A DNA stretch of 64,000 bases. Source: Candidatus Multivorans sp. GTDB lineage: Bacteria > Acidobacteriota > Thermoanaerobaculia > Multivoradales > Multivoraceae. The notes beneath the pieces were generated by a model. It had not been told where the DNA came from and did not search any database. It saw only the letters and a program-made list of their open reading frames with translations. The first letter of the stretch is position 1. Every line of letters starts with the position of its first letter. Shown here piece after piece: positions 19,935 through 29,676 of the stretch. Both the position numbers and the translations under genes were made by a program. The stretch is taken from NCBI GenBank assembly GCA_965224025.1, contig OZ245033.1, positions 2,400,001-2,464,000 on the forward strand. Reading direction: 5' to 3'.

Positions 19935-20766
19935 ACTTTTCTTCGGCGAGAACATACGTCGCTCTAAGACACTCAGGGCATTCCTCAAGCACTGGATCGC
20001 TACCTTCCTTTGCTGCTATGTAGCTTTCAGCCCAGAGGCTCTTCTCAAGCGCGGCCTCGACCACATCCTCGAGATCGGCAAGCTCGCCGCATCGGGAACA
20101 GACCAGCGTCAACTCCTGCGGATCTCTCGCTTCGACGCTGTCGTTTCGCAGAAGGCTGCTGGAACACCTTGGGCACCGGAAGTCCTGGAGGGCTACCTCG
20201 AGCGTCGTGCTTTCCCAGTTGACCCCGGCGAAGCTCGACCGACACGCGTCTCGCTCTTTCTTGAGCACATCGGCTTCCTTCAACAGTAAGTTCCAAGAGT
20301 CCTTACCCAGCAACGAAGCAGGTGTCTCTTTGAGCTCTCGGACGATCAGATCGCGAATAATCGGCATTGCGGCGGCGATCGCTTCCCGAATCAACTCTGG
20401 GGCATGTTTGGCGTGTCTGTGCTCAATGTCGTTTCGGATCTCGGCCAAGCGATCTAGGCCCGACAGATCGGCGTCCAACTGAAGCTGCCGAAAGATCCTC
20501 TGCGTCTCGTGGCGATTGATCGTGTTCCTGCCATGTCCGACGAGCTTGGCGCCTCCCTTCTCGTCCCGCACTGCTCTCTTGTGGGCACGGACGAGAAGCT
20601 CGTTGGAGTTGGGCGGCGACCAGCGTCGCAACACCTCCTTGGCGAGCAAGAGGACGCCCGCGTACACATTCCGCGCGGCTGAGACGACGCGGCGTTGGTC
20701 GTCCGCCGCGAAGTCCTCCAACCCAAGCTGAATCGAGACAACAGCGTTCTTCAGCAGCGGGTTCAT
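19935..20766 (-). pseudogene. 5' part of putative HEPN-domain protein with Zn ribbons, disrupted by ISL3
   Basis: RNDIEH (Rx4H) motif; CPRC, CSRC, CPEC; frame runs into the IS end. Confidence 0.75.
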
Positions 20767-20824
20767 CGGGCGTCTGCGGTCTTTGCCGGGTACGAGGAGA
20801 ACTCGGGCCTCTGGGAGGCCAGAA

Positions 20825-21028
20825 TCAGGGAGTGATCGGGTGGGCGTGCCGGGCTGTGTGGGTCATCTCCGGCCTGTTCAAGAGCGCCGTCAGTCTCTCA
20901 GTCTTGGCCAGGATACGGTGCTGTTCGGCGAGCGGGGAGGGCCACAGGTGGCCGGGCGCGATGAACCGCGTGCTGCTCGGCGAGATCGGCGGCCACGTAG
21001 GAGCGGCTTCGGCGTTGAGCTTGGGCAT
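20825..21028 (-). pseudogene. Chimeric remnant: duplicated methyltransferase N-terminus + type I HsdS-like fragment
   Basis: MPKLNAEAAPTWPPISP matches MPKLYAEIAPWWPLISP; PLAEQHRILAKTERLTALL resembles the HsdS conserved helix. Confidence 0.62.
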
Positions 21029-21143
21029 TGTGCCGGGAACGTAAACGGGTCGCCGTTTCGCGGTGCCGCTCGGGTGCGGGCCAGAAGGCGCGCGTACTCA
21101 GAGAGGCGGCGTCGTGCCGGTGGGGTCTTCTCGACTGGAGCGC

Positions 21144-21857
21144 TCAGTTGGAGTTCGAGGAGGTCGAGGCGGCGATGATGGCGGGCATGGCGGCGGCCGC
21201 TGCGACTGCCGCTTGGGCGGCATCGACGGCAGCCGAAGTGGCTCTGCCGATCACGTCACCCTTAGCAAGGCTCTTCAGGCGCTGCTTCCGGGGTCGGAGC
21301 TCCCTGCGGCCGAAGATCGGGTTGAGCAGGCCGACCGCGTGGGCCAGCGCGACCAGGACGACGGTTCGGGGCTCGACTTCCCGGTCATCGCTGAAGATCG
21401 CGGCGCGCAGGCGGGAGTGGATCTCCTGCTCGGGACCCGGGTCGATCTCCGGAAAGACGCGTCGCTTGAAGATGAGCAGGATCTCCTGCTCGTCCGCCCG
21501 CAGGATGCGCCGTGCGCAGAGTTGTTCGGCGACCCGGTGGTGGAGCTTCCTCATGGAGGAGAAGCGTGTGATCCATGTCTGGACCGAAGCCCGCCGCTTG
21601 GCGGAACGGATTCTCTTCAGGCACTCGTTGAGGATGGAGTCGTCGGTGCGGCGGATGTCGCGGACCTCGACCAGCTTGCGCCAGCGGCGCGATTCGTCGA
21701 TACGGACGCGCTCCTGGAGCAGAAGTTCGGCCGCGATGGCGCCGCCGAGGCCGATGCTCGTGTGGGTGCCGGTGACGGTACCCTTCGTGTCGTGCAGGGC
21801 GAGGAGCATGAGCTCTTCGTGGAGGTGAAGGGAGGTGTTCTGCGGTGCTTGCGCCAC
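21144..21857 (-). CDS. GPP34 (GOLPH3-like) family protein
   Basis: LHEELMLLALHDTKG, GGAIAAELLLQERV, LLIFKRRVFP. Confidence 0.82.
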   Translation of the reverse strand: MAQAPQNTSLHLHEELMLLALHDTKGTVTGTHTSIGLGGAIAAELLLQERVRIDESRRWRKLVEVRDIRRTDDSILNECLKRIRSAKRRASVQTWITRFSSMRKLHHRVAEQLCARRILRADEQEILLIFKRRVFPEIDPGPEQEIHSRLRAAIFSDDREVEPRTVVLVALAHAVGLLNPIFGRRELRPRKQRLKSLAKGDVIGRATSAAVDAAQAAVAAAAAMPAIIAASTSSNSN

Positions 21858-22056
21858 TCTCGTCTCCGAACTCTGCGGGCGGCTCGCGTCTGCTTCTCCT
21901 CGAGCGCGGCCTGAGCGTAGCAGCGTCTCACCCGGCCCCTTGACCGGGAAGCGCAACGGGTGCAGGATCGTCTTGGTTGGTGAGCTCGGTCGACCTGCTT
22001 CTGTGCGCCGACATGCTTCACCTGTGGTCGAGCCGAACTCGCTGAGTGGCGACCAG

Positions 22057-23868
22057 ATGGCAACTACTTCTCTTACTCGGACAATCGCCGGCGGGGAGAG
22101 CGGCCCGTCGACCGAGACTCGCGGCCGCTACGGCTTGGTGACGGAGGAGAAGGGGGGCGGCGTTACGTATACGCCGACCTTGCTCGCCGCGTTCGTGGCC
22201 CGGCAGATCGGCGGGATGATCGGGCGGCTTCCTACCGATCGGCCACTCCGGCTGCTGGACCCGGCTGTGGGCCATGGCGAACTGTTGCTTTCCCTGCTTA
22301 AGCAACTTCAGCGACGGCGACTTCGCGTCGAAGTGGAGGGCTTCGAGGTCGACGAGGAGGCACTTTCTGTAGCAGGAAAGCGGCTCCGCGGAGAGTTTCC
22401 TGGCGTTCCTACAAGGCTTAGAAGCGCCAGCTTTCTGGACCACCTGACGGCGGACGGAAGCGGCCAGATGGAGTTACGGCCTGCCGCCTATCTGCAGCCG
22501 TACGACTTGATCATTGCGAATCCACCCTATGTCCGTACGCAAGTCATGGGTTCGAAGAGGTCCAGAGCCATCGCCCGACAGTTCGGCTTGTCCGGGCGAG
22601 TCGATCTGTACTACGCCTTCGTGCTAGGTATCGCTGAAGTGTTGGCGCCCAGCGGCGTTGCGGGCATTATTGTGTCGAACCGGTTCATGACGACGAAATC
22701 GGGCGCTCCGGTTCGGCGACGTCTCCTGGAACGGCTCGCGATAAGGCATGTCTGGGATCTTGGAGACACGAAGCTCTTCGATGCTGCCGTTCTACCGGCG
22801 GTGCTCCTAGCTCGCGGACGAGGCCACCGCCGGAAGGACCCGATCGCCTTCACGTCGGCGTACGAGACTCGGGAGCCAGCGGTCGAGTCGGCACCAGATC
22901 CGATCGGGGCACTCAAGCGTTCCGGCGTAGTGGCATTGCCGGACGGTCGCCGTGTCAGAGTGCGCCAAGGCAGGTTGCACAGAAGTCGAGGCGGGGGTGA
23001 TGTCTGGCGCTTGGCCACCGACGCCACTGATCGTTGGCTCAGCGAAGTCAAGCGGCGCACTTGGGCGAAGTTCGGAGACTTGGGGAGGATCCGTGTGGGT
23101 GTAAAGACCTGTGCGGACCGCGTCTTTATCCGGAATGACTGGGATCAGATGGGGGGGGCGGAGCGGCCGGAGCTCTTGCGGCCGCTTGCTACGCACCGGA
23201 TTGCGGGCCGGTTCAGGCCGCGTGCCGAGCCAAGTTCGACCATGATCCTTTACCCGCACGAGATCGGCGGCGGCGGCCGTCGCGCGGTCGATCTGAGGCG
23301 GTATCCGCGGAGCGCGGCCTACTTAGAAGAGCACCGCGCGACGCTTGAGGCGCGCCAGTACGTGACGGACGCGGGGCGCAAGTGGTACGAAATCTGGGTG
23401 CCGCAGGATCCGGGAGCTTGGGAGTTGCCCAAACTGGTGTTCCGGGACATTACTGAACGACCGACGTTCTGGGTGGATCTCGGAGGTTCTGTCGTAAACG
23501 GCGACTGCTACTGGCTGGCGTGTGAGGACTCGCGTGACGTGGAGTTGCTATGGCTGGCGGCGGCAGTGGGGAACTCCTCGTTCATTGAGCAGTTCTACGA
23601 CATCAGGTTCCCGAACAAGCTCTACGCTGGGCGCCGACGCTTCATTACTCAGTATGTACGGAAGTTCCCGCTTCCCGACCCCGATACGTCGCTAGGCCAG
23701 GAGATTGTTGACGGCGCCCGACGGCTTTGTGGGAACGGACAGGCAGCGGGCGACGAGCAACTCGAGCGAGAGGTGGACGGTATGGTGTGGCGAAGCCTGA
23801 CCGGCTCGGAGAGCCCTTCGGGACGGGAAAGCGGCCGACACTGTCAAGGCACCGGCCAGTCAGCCTGA
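22057..23868 (+). CDS. N6-adenine DNA methyltransferase (gamma / Eco57I-like), type II R-M
   Basis: YTP, LLDPAVGHG motif I, IIANPPY motif IV, VDLYYAF, KLVFRDI. Confidence 0.92.
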   Translation: MATTSLTRTIAGGESGPSTETRGRYGLVTEEKGGGVTYTPTLLAAFVARQIGGMIGRLPTDRPLRLLDPAVGHGELLLSLLKQLQRRRLRVEVEGFEVDEEALSVAGKRLRGEFPGVPTRLRSASFLDHLTADGSGQMELRPAAYLQPYDLIIANPPYVRTQVMGSKRSRAIARQFGLSGRVDLYYAFVLGIAEVLAPSGVAGIIVSNRFMTTKSGAPVRRRLLERLAIRHVWDLGDTKLFDAAVLPAVLLARGRGHRRKDPIAFTSAYETREPAVESAPDPIGALKRSGVVALPDGRRVRVRQGRLHRSRGGGDVWRLATDATDRWLSEVKRRTWAKFGDLGRIRVGVKTCADRVFIRNDWDQMGGAERPELLRPLATHRIAGRFRPRAEPSSTMILYPHEIGGGGRRAVDLRRYPRSAAYLEEHRATLEARQYVTDAGRKWYEIWVPQDPGAWELPKLVFRDITERPTFWVDLGGSVVNGDCYWLACEDSRDVELLWLAAAVGNSSFIEQFYDIRFPNKLYAGRRRFITQYVRKFPLPDPDTSLGQEIVDGARRLCGNGQAAGDEQLEREVDGMVWRSLTGSESPSGRESGRHCQGTGQSA

Positions 23869-23900
23869 TTGGTCGCGTTGCTCACCTTTTGCCAGCGGGC

Positions 23901-24960
23901 CTACGGGTGCGAGAAGAACGTCGATGGCAAGTGAAGCTGCAGCTTGGCATTGACGACCTGTCCTTGGAACTGCGGAAAACGATAGAAGAAGTCTCTCCCC
24001 GTAGTTGCGTAGAAGTGAGTAAGCACTACTGAGTCCCGGTCCTTGAACCCACAGAACAGCGCGTAACGGACGTCACAGTAGCGAATGACGGCGCCCTCGA
24101 TCTTGGGCATGGCGGACATCGGGTCGAGGCTGTCCGGCCTCACGCGGCCAAGGTCTATCGTCGGTGAGGTCTGGAGCTTCAGTTCGAGGAGCTGGTGTGG
24201 GACGTCGGGGAACTGGCCGTCGTCCTTGTAGCTGGAGTAACCGAGCCGGGCGCAGACCAATCGGTGCAGAACGGCGCCCCGGTGGCGCTCCTGATCATGG
24301 CCGACGTCGGCGATTCGCTGGCGAAGAAGCGGCTTCAAGCGGTCGAAGACCTCGCCGATGGGCAGGAGTTGGCCCGGGTGCGGTGCCTGGGTTGGTTCAC
24401 TCGCCGGGCCTGGGTCGAAATGGGTTTCGAGCCAGGGCAGGAGGCGGTCGGTGTCTACACGACTCACGAGTTCCGGGAAGGGGCCCCGTTGGATCAGACG
24501 GGCCTGGTACTTCTTGGTCAGGACGCCGGTGGTGTCGAAGGGTGAGAGCGTCTCGCCAGTCACGACACGTACGGTCAGTACGTTGTCGTCCGGCCCCAGA
24601 CGTACCAGGGCGTAGCGGCGGTCAGGTTCCAGTTCGCTGTTCCAGATCTGGAGATTGTCGGATTTCTGTGTGTACACATCCAGCCCTTGGGCCGGAAAGC
24701 GCGGTTGCGTGCGTTTGAAGGAGGGGGGCACGGGGTAGCCAAGAGCTCGGCAGACGTGCTGCTTGACCGCCTTGGACCGCGTGCGAAGCGGCAGGCCCGT
24801 GAAAGACATGCCCGTTAGGGCACGGTCGAGGATGAGTTCGAGGCGGTCAGTGGGGATCCAAAGGTCGCTGTGATGGGGGGACGAGCGGATCGTAAATCGA
24901 CAGGCCGCTGCGGCGGATCGCGTCGACCACGGGATCGATGTTGGCTGTTCCTCTGCTCAT
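23901..24960 (-). pseudogene. Type II restriction endonuclease, frameshifted at a G6 run
   Basis: AGAGGA+ATG at 24960; one extra base in G6 (24875-24880) separates the first ~28 codons from the 302-aa ORF carrying FPD..ELKLQTSPT; tail-to-tail with the MTase. Confidence 0.78.
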
Positions 24961-24975
24961 TTCTTCCTCTGTGGA

Positions 24976-26772
24976 CTAGAACGCCTCGCTCCAGGGGCGG
25001 CTGAGCCGTAGCGCGGAGTTGATCAGGCCGACCATGGAGTAGGTCTGGGGGAAGTTGCCCCAGAGTTCGCCGGTCTCGGGGTCGAGGTCCTCGGACAGGA
25101 GGCCCACGGGGTTGCGGCGTTCGAGCATCTGTTCGAACAGCTCGCGGGCCTCTTCGCTGCGGCCGAGGGCGTTGATCGCGTCGATGTACCAGAAGCTGCA
25201 GACGGCGAAGGAGGTGGTGGGGGCGCCGAACTCGTCCTCCCGGTAGCGGAAGAAGTTGCTGCCGGAACGGAGCGGTTCAAGCGACTCGACGGTGGCGGCG
25301 AAGCGGGGATCGGCGGCGTCGAGGAAGCCGAGATCGTGGAGCAGCAGCAGGCTGGCGTCGATGCCCTCGCCGTCGAGGGTGGCGGCGAGGCGGCCGCCGG
25401 TCTCGGCGCTCTGAAGGATGTGCTTGCGGATCGCCTCGGCCCGGCTCGTCCAGTACGTTTGACGATCGGTCAGCCCGAGCGCCTTCGCGATGCGCGCCAG
25501 GCGGTCGCAGGCGGCCCAGCACATGACGCTCGAAAAGGTGTGGACGGCGCTGCGCTGCCGGAACTCCCAGAGCCCGGCGTCGGGCTGGTCGAACAGGGCG
25601 GCGGCCTGTCCGCCAAGTTGCTCCAGCCAGCCGAACACGCGGGGGTTGCCGGGTTTGACCAGCCGGCGGTCGAAGAAGCTCTGGGTCACGGCGAGGATCG
25701 CGCTGCCGTAGTTGTCGTTCTGTAGTTGGCGCCAGGCGTCGTTGCCCACCCGCACCGGTCCCATGCCACGGTAGCCAGGCAGGTTGTCGACGGTGCGCTC
25801 GGTCAGTTCCCCTTCGAACTTGATCCCGTAGACGGGTTGCAGCACGCCGCCCTCGGCGGCGGCCGCCAAGTCGGTGATGTAGCCGAGGTAGCCCTCCATG
25901 GTGCGGGTCGCGCCCAGACGGTTCAGCGCCTGCACGACGAAGTGGGAGTCCCGGAGCCAGCAGAAGCGGTAGTCCCAGTTGCGGCCTGTACCCGGCGCCT
26001 CGGGGATGGAGGTGGTCATCGCGGCCAGCACCGCGCCGGTTTCCTCGAAGCTGCACAGTTGCAGCGTGATCGCGGCCCGGATCACGGCCTCCTGCCATTC
26101 GAACGGCACGGCGAGATGGCGCACGAACTCGCGCCAGTAGCTCTCCGTTCGGCTTCGGAACTCGCGCGCCACGGAGTCCACCGGCTCGGTCAGGCTCTCG
26201 TCCGGCCCGAGCAGCAGGGTGAGGGGCTGCTCAAGGACGAAGGTGATCCCGTCGGTGATGAAGGAAACCGGGGTGTCCGTGGTCAACCGCAGGGCGAGTC
26301 GCGGGCCGACAAAGCGGATGTGGTTGCTGCCCCGGGTCAGTTCGGGGCGGCGCGAGCCGTAGTCGAAGCGCGGTCGCAGACGGATGCGGATGCGCGGTTC
26401 GCCGCGTAACCGTTCGATCGTGCGGACGATCATTGTGGGGCGGAAGGAGCGGCCGAACTGCTCGAACCGGGGCGCGAAGTCGGTGATGCGGACCGCGGCG
26501 CCGTTGCCGTCGCGGAGCGTCGTGACGAGGATGGCCGTATTCTCCACGTAGTGCTGCTCGCTGTACCGGAACCCCTCGAGCAGCACGTCGAAGAAGCCGC
26601 CGGCCTCGGGGTCGCCCTCGTCAGCTTCGTCCAGGAGCGAGTGGAACACCGGGTCGCCGTCGAAGTGCGGCAGGCAGGCCCAGCAGATGCGCCCGCGCGG
26701 ATCGATCAGCGCGCCGAAGCTGCAGTTGCCGATCACGCCGCCGTCGAGCGGCCGGACTTCGTCACGCGTCAT
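24976..26772 (-). CDS. Glycoside hydrolase family 15 (probable trehalase)
   Basis: RNWDYRFCWLRDS, GLWEFR, GLLSED..LWGNFPQTYS; next to otsAB. Confidence 0.92.
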   Translation of the reverse strand: MTRDEVRPLDGGVIGNCSFGALIDPRGRICWACLPHFDGDPVFHSLLDEADEGDPEAGGFFDVLLEGFRYSEQHYVENTAILVTTLRDGNGAAVRITDFAPRFEQFGRSFRPTMIVRTIERLRGEPRIRIRLRPRFDYGSRRPELTRGSNHIRFVGPRLALRLTTDTPVSFITDGITFVLEQPLTLLLGPDESLTEPVDSVAREFRSRTESYWREFVRHLAVPFEWQEAVIRAAITLQLCSFEETGAVLAAMTTSIPEAPGTGRNWDYRFCWLRDSHFVVQALNRLGATRTMEGYLGYITDLAAAAEGGVLQPVYGIKFEGELTERTVDNLPGYRGMGPVRVGNDAWRQLQNDNYGSAILAVTQSFFDRRLVKPGNPRVFGWLEQLGGQAAALFDQPDAGLWEFRQRSAVHTFSSVMCWAACDRLARIAKALGLTDRQTYWTSRAEAIRKHILQSAETGGRLAATLDGEGIDASLLLLHDLGFLDAADPRFAATVESLEPLRSGSNFFRYREDEFGAPTTSFAVCSFWYIDAINALGRSEEARELFEQMLERRNPVGLLSEDLDPETGELWGNFPQTYSMVGLINSALRLSRPWSEAF

Positions 26773-26787
26773 GGCCGCTCGCCCGCA

Positions 26788-26894
26788 AGCGCCGCCAAAC
26801 CCGTCGCGGGCTCCGTGTTTGGCTCCAGCCCCCACCTCACCATGAGTCTGCGCGCCAGAACGCACCATACTGCGTTTCTGCCGCGCAGATTCAT
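26788..26894. repeat. Structured repeat element A, copy 2
   Basis: 55-bp head shared with 5374-5428, then a ~23-bp-stem hairpin. Confidence 0.8.
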
Positions 26895-27685
26895 AGCGTG
26901 TCGCAGAGGGCCTCCAGCCAACGATGGAGTTCGCGCACGCCGCTCAAGCCGTAGTTCGCGACGCTGGTGCGGTCGCAGCCTGGCTCCAGGCCGACCACGA
27001 TCGCGGCGCCGCCGACGCTCTGCGCGGCGGCAAAGCCGTCCTCGTCGGTGATGTCGTCGCCGATGAAGACCGGGACGCGGCCACGAAACGGCGCTTCGGC
27101 CATGAAGTCCTCGACCACTGTGCGCTTGTTCGGGCGATGCGGTTTCAACTCGAACACCATCTTGCCCTCCTGGACCCGGTATCCGGCGCCCAGGGAGGTT
27201 CGGACCTTCTCCATCACTTCGCGCGCCGCGACCTCGGCGCCGGCCGCGCGCCGGTAGTGGAGCGCCAGGGTCGCCGACTTGTCTTCGAGCAGGGTACCGG
27301 GGTGCTTCGCGGCAAAGCGCGCCAGTTCGCGGCGGGCCGGACCCATGGCCCCAGCGCCGTCGACCCGGCTGACGGATCCGTCGGCGGACCTGCGTTCCAG
27401 GCCGTGCAGCCCGGCGGCCGGCAGCTCGAGAGGCGAGAAGAAGCGGTCGAGAACGTTGAGCGAGCGTCCGCTGGCGAGGGCCAGCGCGCCGCCGAGCCGG
27501 CAGCGGAGTCGTTCGAGCAGGCCGCCGATCCGCTCGTCGACGTGGACGGCATCGGGCGCGTCCGCGATCTCGATCAGGGTGCCGTCGACATCCAGGAACA
27601 GGGCCCAGGAGTGAGGCGGCGGGATGTCGGAAGCCGGTTCCAGCAGCATCCAGGCGGCGTGCGGAGGATGCGCTTTCTGGTTCAC
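26891..27685 (-). CDS. otsB: Trehalose-6-phosphate phosphatase
   Basis: LFLDVDGTL, ASGRS, GLHGLE, FIGDDITDEDGF; start may be 27649. Confidence 0.93.
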   Translation of the reverse strand: MNQKAHPPHAAWMLLEPASDIPPPHSWALFLDVDGTLIEIADAPDAVHVDERIGGLLERLRCRLGGALALASGRSLNVLDRFFSPLELPAAGLHGLERRSADGSVSRVDGAGAMGPARRELARFAAKHPGTLLEDKSATLALHYRRAAGAEVAAREVMEKVRTSLGAGYRVQEGKMVFELKPHRPNKRTVVEDFMAEAPFRGRVPVFIGDDITDEDGFAAAQSVGGAAIVVGLEPGCDRTSVANYGLSGVRELHRWLEALCDTL

Positions 27686-27724
27686 AGGGCTCAGCCTCCG
27701 AGATCCCTTACGATACAGAAACCG

Positions 27725-29122
27725 ATGGGTTCTCAAGATCTGCCGGCTGCCCGGCAGTCGGAGCTGGTGATCGTCGCCAACACGCTCCCCGTGCGTCGCG
27801 AGGAGGTGGATGGGGAACTGGGCTGGGCGCAGAGCCCCGGCGGTCTGGTCAGCGCCCTGTCGCCGATCGTGCGCGAGGCGGGCGGCTGCTGGGTGGGCTG
27901 GTCGGGCGGCGCCGACGACGCGCCCGAGCCGTTTCGCCACGAGGGCATTCTGAACGTGGCGGTGCCGGTGTCGGAGGCGGAAGTCGCCGGTTCGTACCAG
28001 GGGATGTGCAACTCGACCCTGTGGCCCCTGTACCACGATGCCGTGCGGCCGCCCGAGTACCACCGGCACTGGTGGAACCCGTACGTGGCGGTCAACCGGC
28101 GCTTCGCCGAGGAGGCGGCTCGCCGCACCGCCCCCGGGGGCCGCGTGTGGATCCAGGACTACCACCTGCAGCTCGTGCCGCGGATGCTGCGCGAGCTGCG
28201 GCCGGACATCAGTTCCGGCCTCTTCCTGCACATTCCCTTCCCGCCGATCGAACTGTTCCTGCGCCTGCCGTGGCGGCGGACGGTGCTGGAGGGCCTGCTA
28301 GGCGCGGACGTGATCGGCTTCCAGACCCCGGCCGGCGCCTACAACTTCACGCGGCTCGCCGACCGGCTGATCGAGGCGGAGCCTCAGGGCGAAACGATCC
28401 GCTACCAGGGGCGCGACATCCGGGTCGGCGCCTTCCCGATATCCATCGACACGGACCGCTACGCGAACGCGGCGCTGGCGCCCGAGATCCGGGAGCGGGC
28501 CGAACAGCTCCAGCAACTCCGCCGCGGCCGGAAGATCATCCTCTCCGTCGACCGCCTCGACTACACGAAGGGCATCGACCTGCGGCTCAAGGCGTTCCTC
28601 GAATGGCTGGGGCGCAAGAACCGGTCGATTCGCGACGCGGTGATGGTCCAGGTCGCCGTGCCGAGCCGCGAGCGCATCTCGGAGTACCAGATCCTGCGGC
28701 GCGACGTGGAGGAACTCGTCGGCCAGATCAACGGTGAGTACGGCGAACTCGGCGTCGTGCCGGTCCAGTACTTCCGGCGCAACCTGCCGTTCGAGGAGCT
28801 GATCGCGTTCTACCTGGTCGCCGACGTGATGCTCGTGACGCCGCTGTGCGACGGCATGAACCTTGTGGCCAAGGAGTACGTCGCCACCCGCCTCCAGGAC
28901 GACGGCGTCCTCGTGCTCAGCGAGTTCGCGGGCGCGGCCGCCGAGCTGCCGGACGCCCTGCTGGTGAACCCGCACGACGTGAACGCCATGGCGGCGACGA
29001 TCGAACGGGCGATCACGCTCGACGCGGAGGACGGGACGCGCCGCATGAGGGCGATGCGCGAGGTGGTCCGTCGCCACTCCGTCCACGAGTGGGCGGCGCA
29101 GTTCATCGAGGCGTTGGCCTGA
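27725..29122 (+). CDS. otsA: Trehalose-6-phosphate synthase
   Basis: SPGGLVSAL, WIQDYHL, FLHIPFP, VDRLDYTKG, DGMNLVAKEY. Confidence 0.95.
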   Translation: MGSQDLPAARQSELVIVANTLPVRREEVDGELGWAQSPGGLVSALSPIVREAGGCWVGWSGGADDAPEPFRHEGILNVAVPVSEAEVAGSYQGMCNSTLWPLYHDAVRPPEYHRHWWNPYVAVNRRFAEEAARRTAPGGRVWIQDYHLQLVPRMLRELRPDISSGLFLHIPFPPIELFLRLPWRRTVLEGLLGADVIGFQTPAGAYNFTRLADRLIEAEPQGETIRYQGRDIRVGAFPISIDTDRYANAALAPEIRERAEQLQQLRRGRKIILSVDRLDYTKGIDLRLKAFLEWLGRKNRSIRDAVMVQVAVPSRERISEYQILRRDVEELVGQINGEYGELGVVPVQYFRRNLPFEELIAFYLVADVMLVTPLCDGMNLVAKEYVATRLQDDGVLVLSEFAGAAAELPDALLVNPHDVNAMAATIERAITLDAEDGTRRMRAMREVVRRHSVHEWAAQFIEALA

Positions 29123-29150
29123 CGCGCATGGAACGGCAGGGCGTGCGACC

Positions 29151-29672
29151 GTGAAGGCCGGGCCGCAGTCCGGAGAACGCCCCGTCAGCGATGCCGAAGC
29201 GGGGTTCGAGGTAGGCGAGGGGTTCGAACGCTTCTCGCAGAAGGACGACATCTTCTGCCGTTCGTTCTGGGACCCCGAGGTGAGGACCTCCCGCTCGGAC
29301 ATGTTCTACGAGACCTACCGCACGCCGGAGCTGCGCTGGCGCCCGGTCGACGGGTTCACGCGGCGCGACTACGCGCTTCGCAACGCTTCCTGGCACGTCA
29401 CCGATCTGTTCGCCGAGCTCAGGGGAGACGCCGACCGTCGCGAGGGCTTCCTCGACCCCTACACGGTGCTCCGGGACGGTCCCGGTCCGCCGGACGAGAG
29501 CGATGAACCGGAGGAGGTCCTCGCCGCTCGACTCGCCGCCGATCTCGAGACGGCCGCCCGCGCGTTGGGCGCCGGCCGGCTGGTAGGGTTGAGCGAGCAC
29601 CCGGCCGCGGAGCGCGGGAGAACAGGAGGACACGCCGACGGGAATGGCGGCCAGACCGTTCCGCTCGGTTGA
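29151..29672 (+). pseudogene. Probable N-terminal fragment of a reductive-dehalogenase-like protein
   Basis: FERFSQKDDIFCRSFWD..DYALRNASW..EGFLD..AARALGAGRLVGL (cf. A..fGAdlVGI) then similarity ends; no Fe-S motifs. Confidence 0.55.
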
Positions 29673-29676
29673 CACG

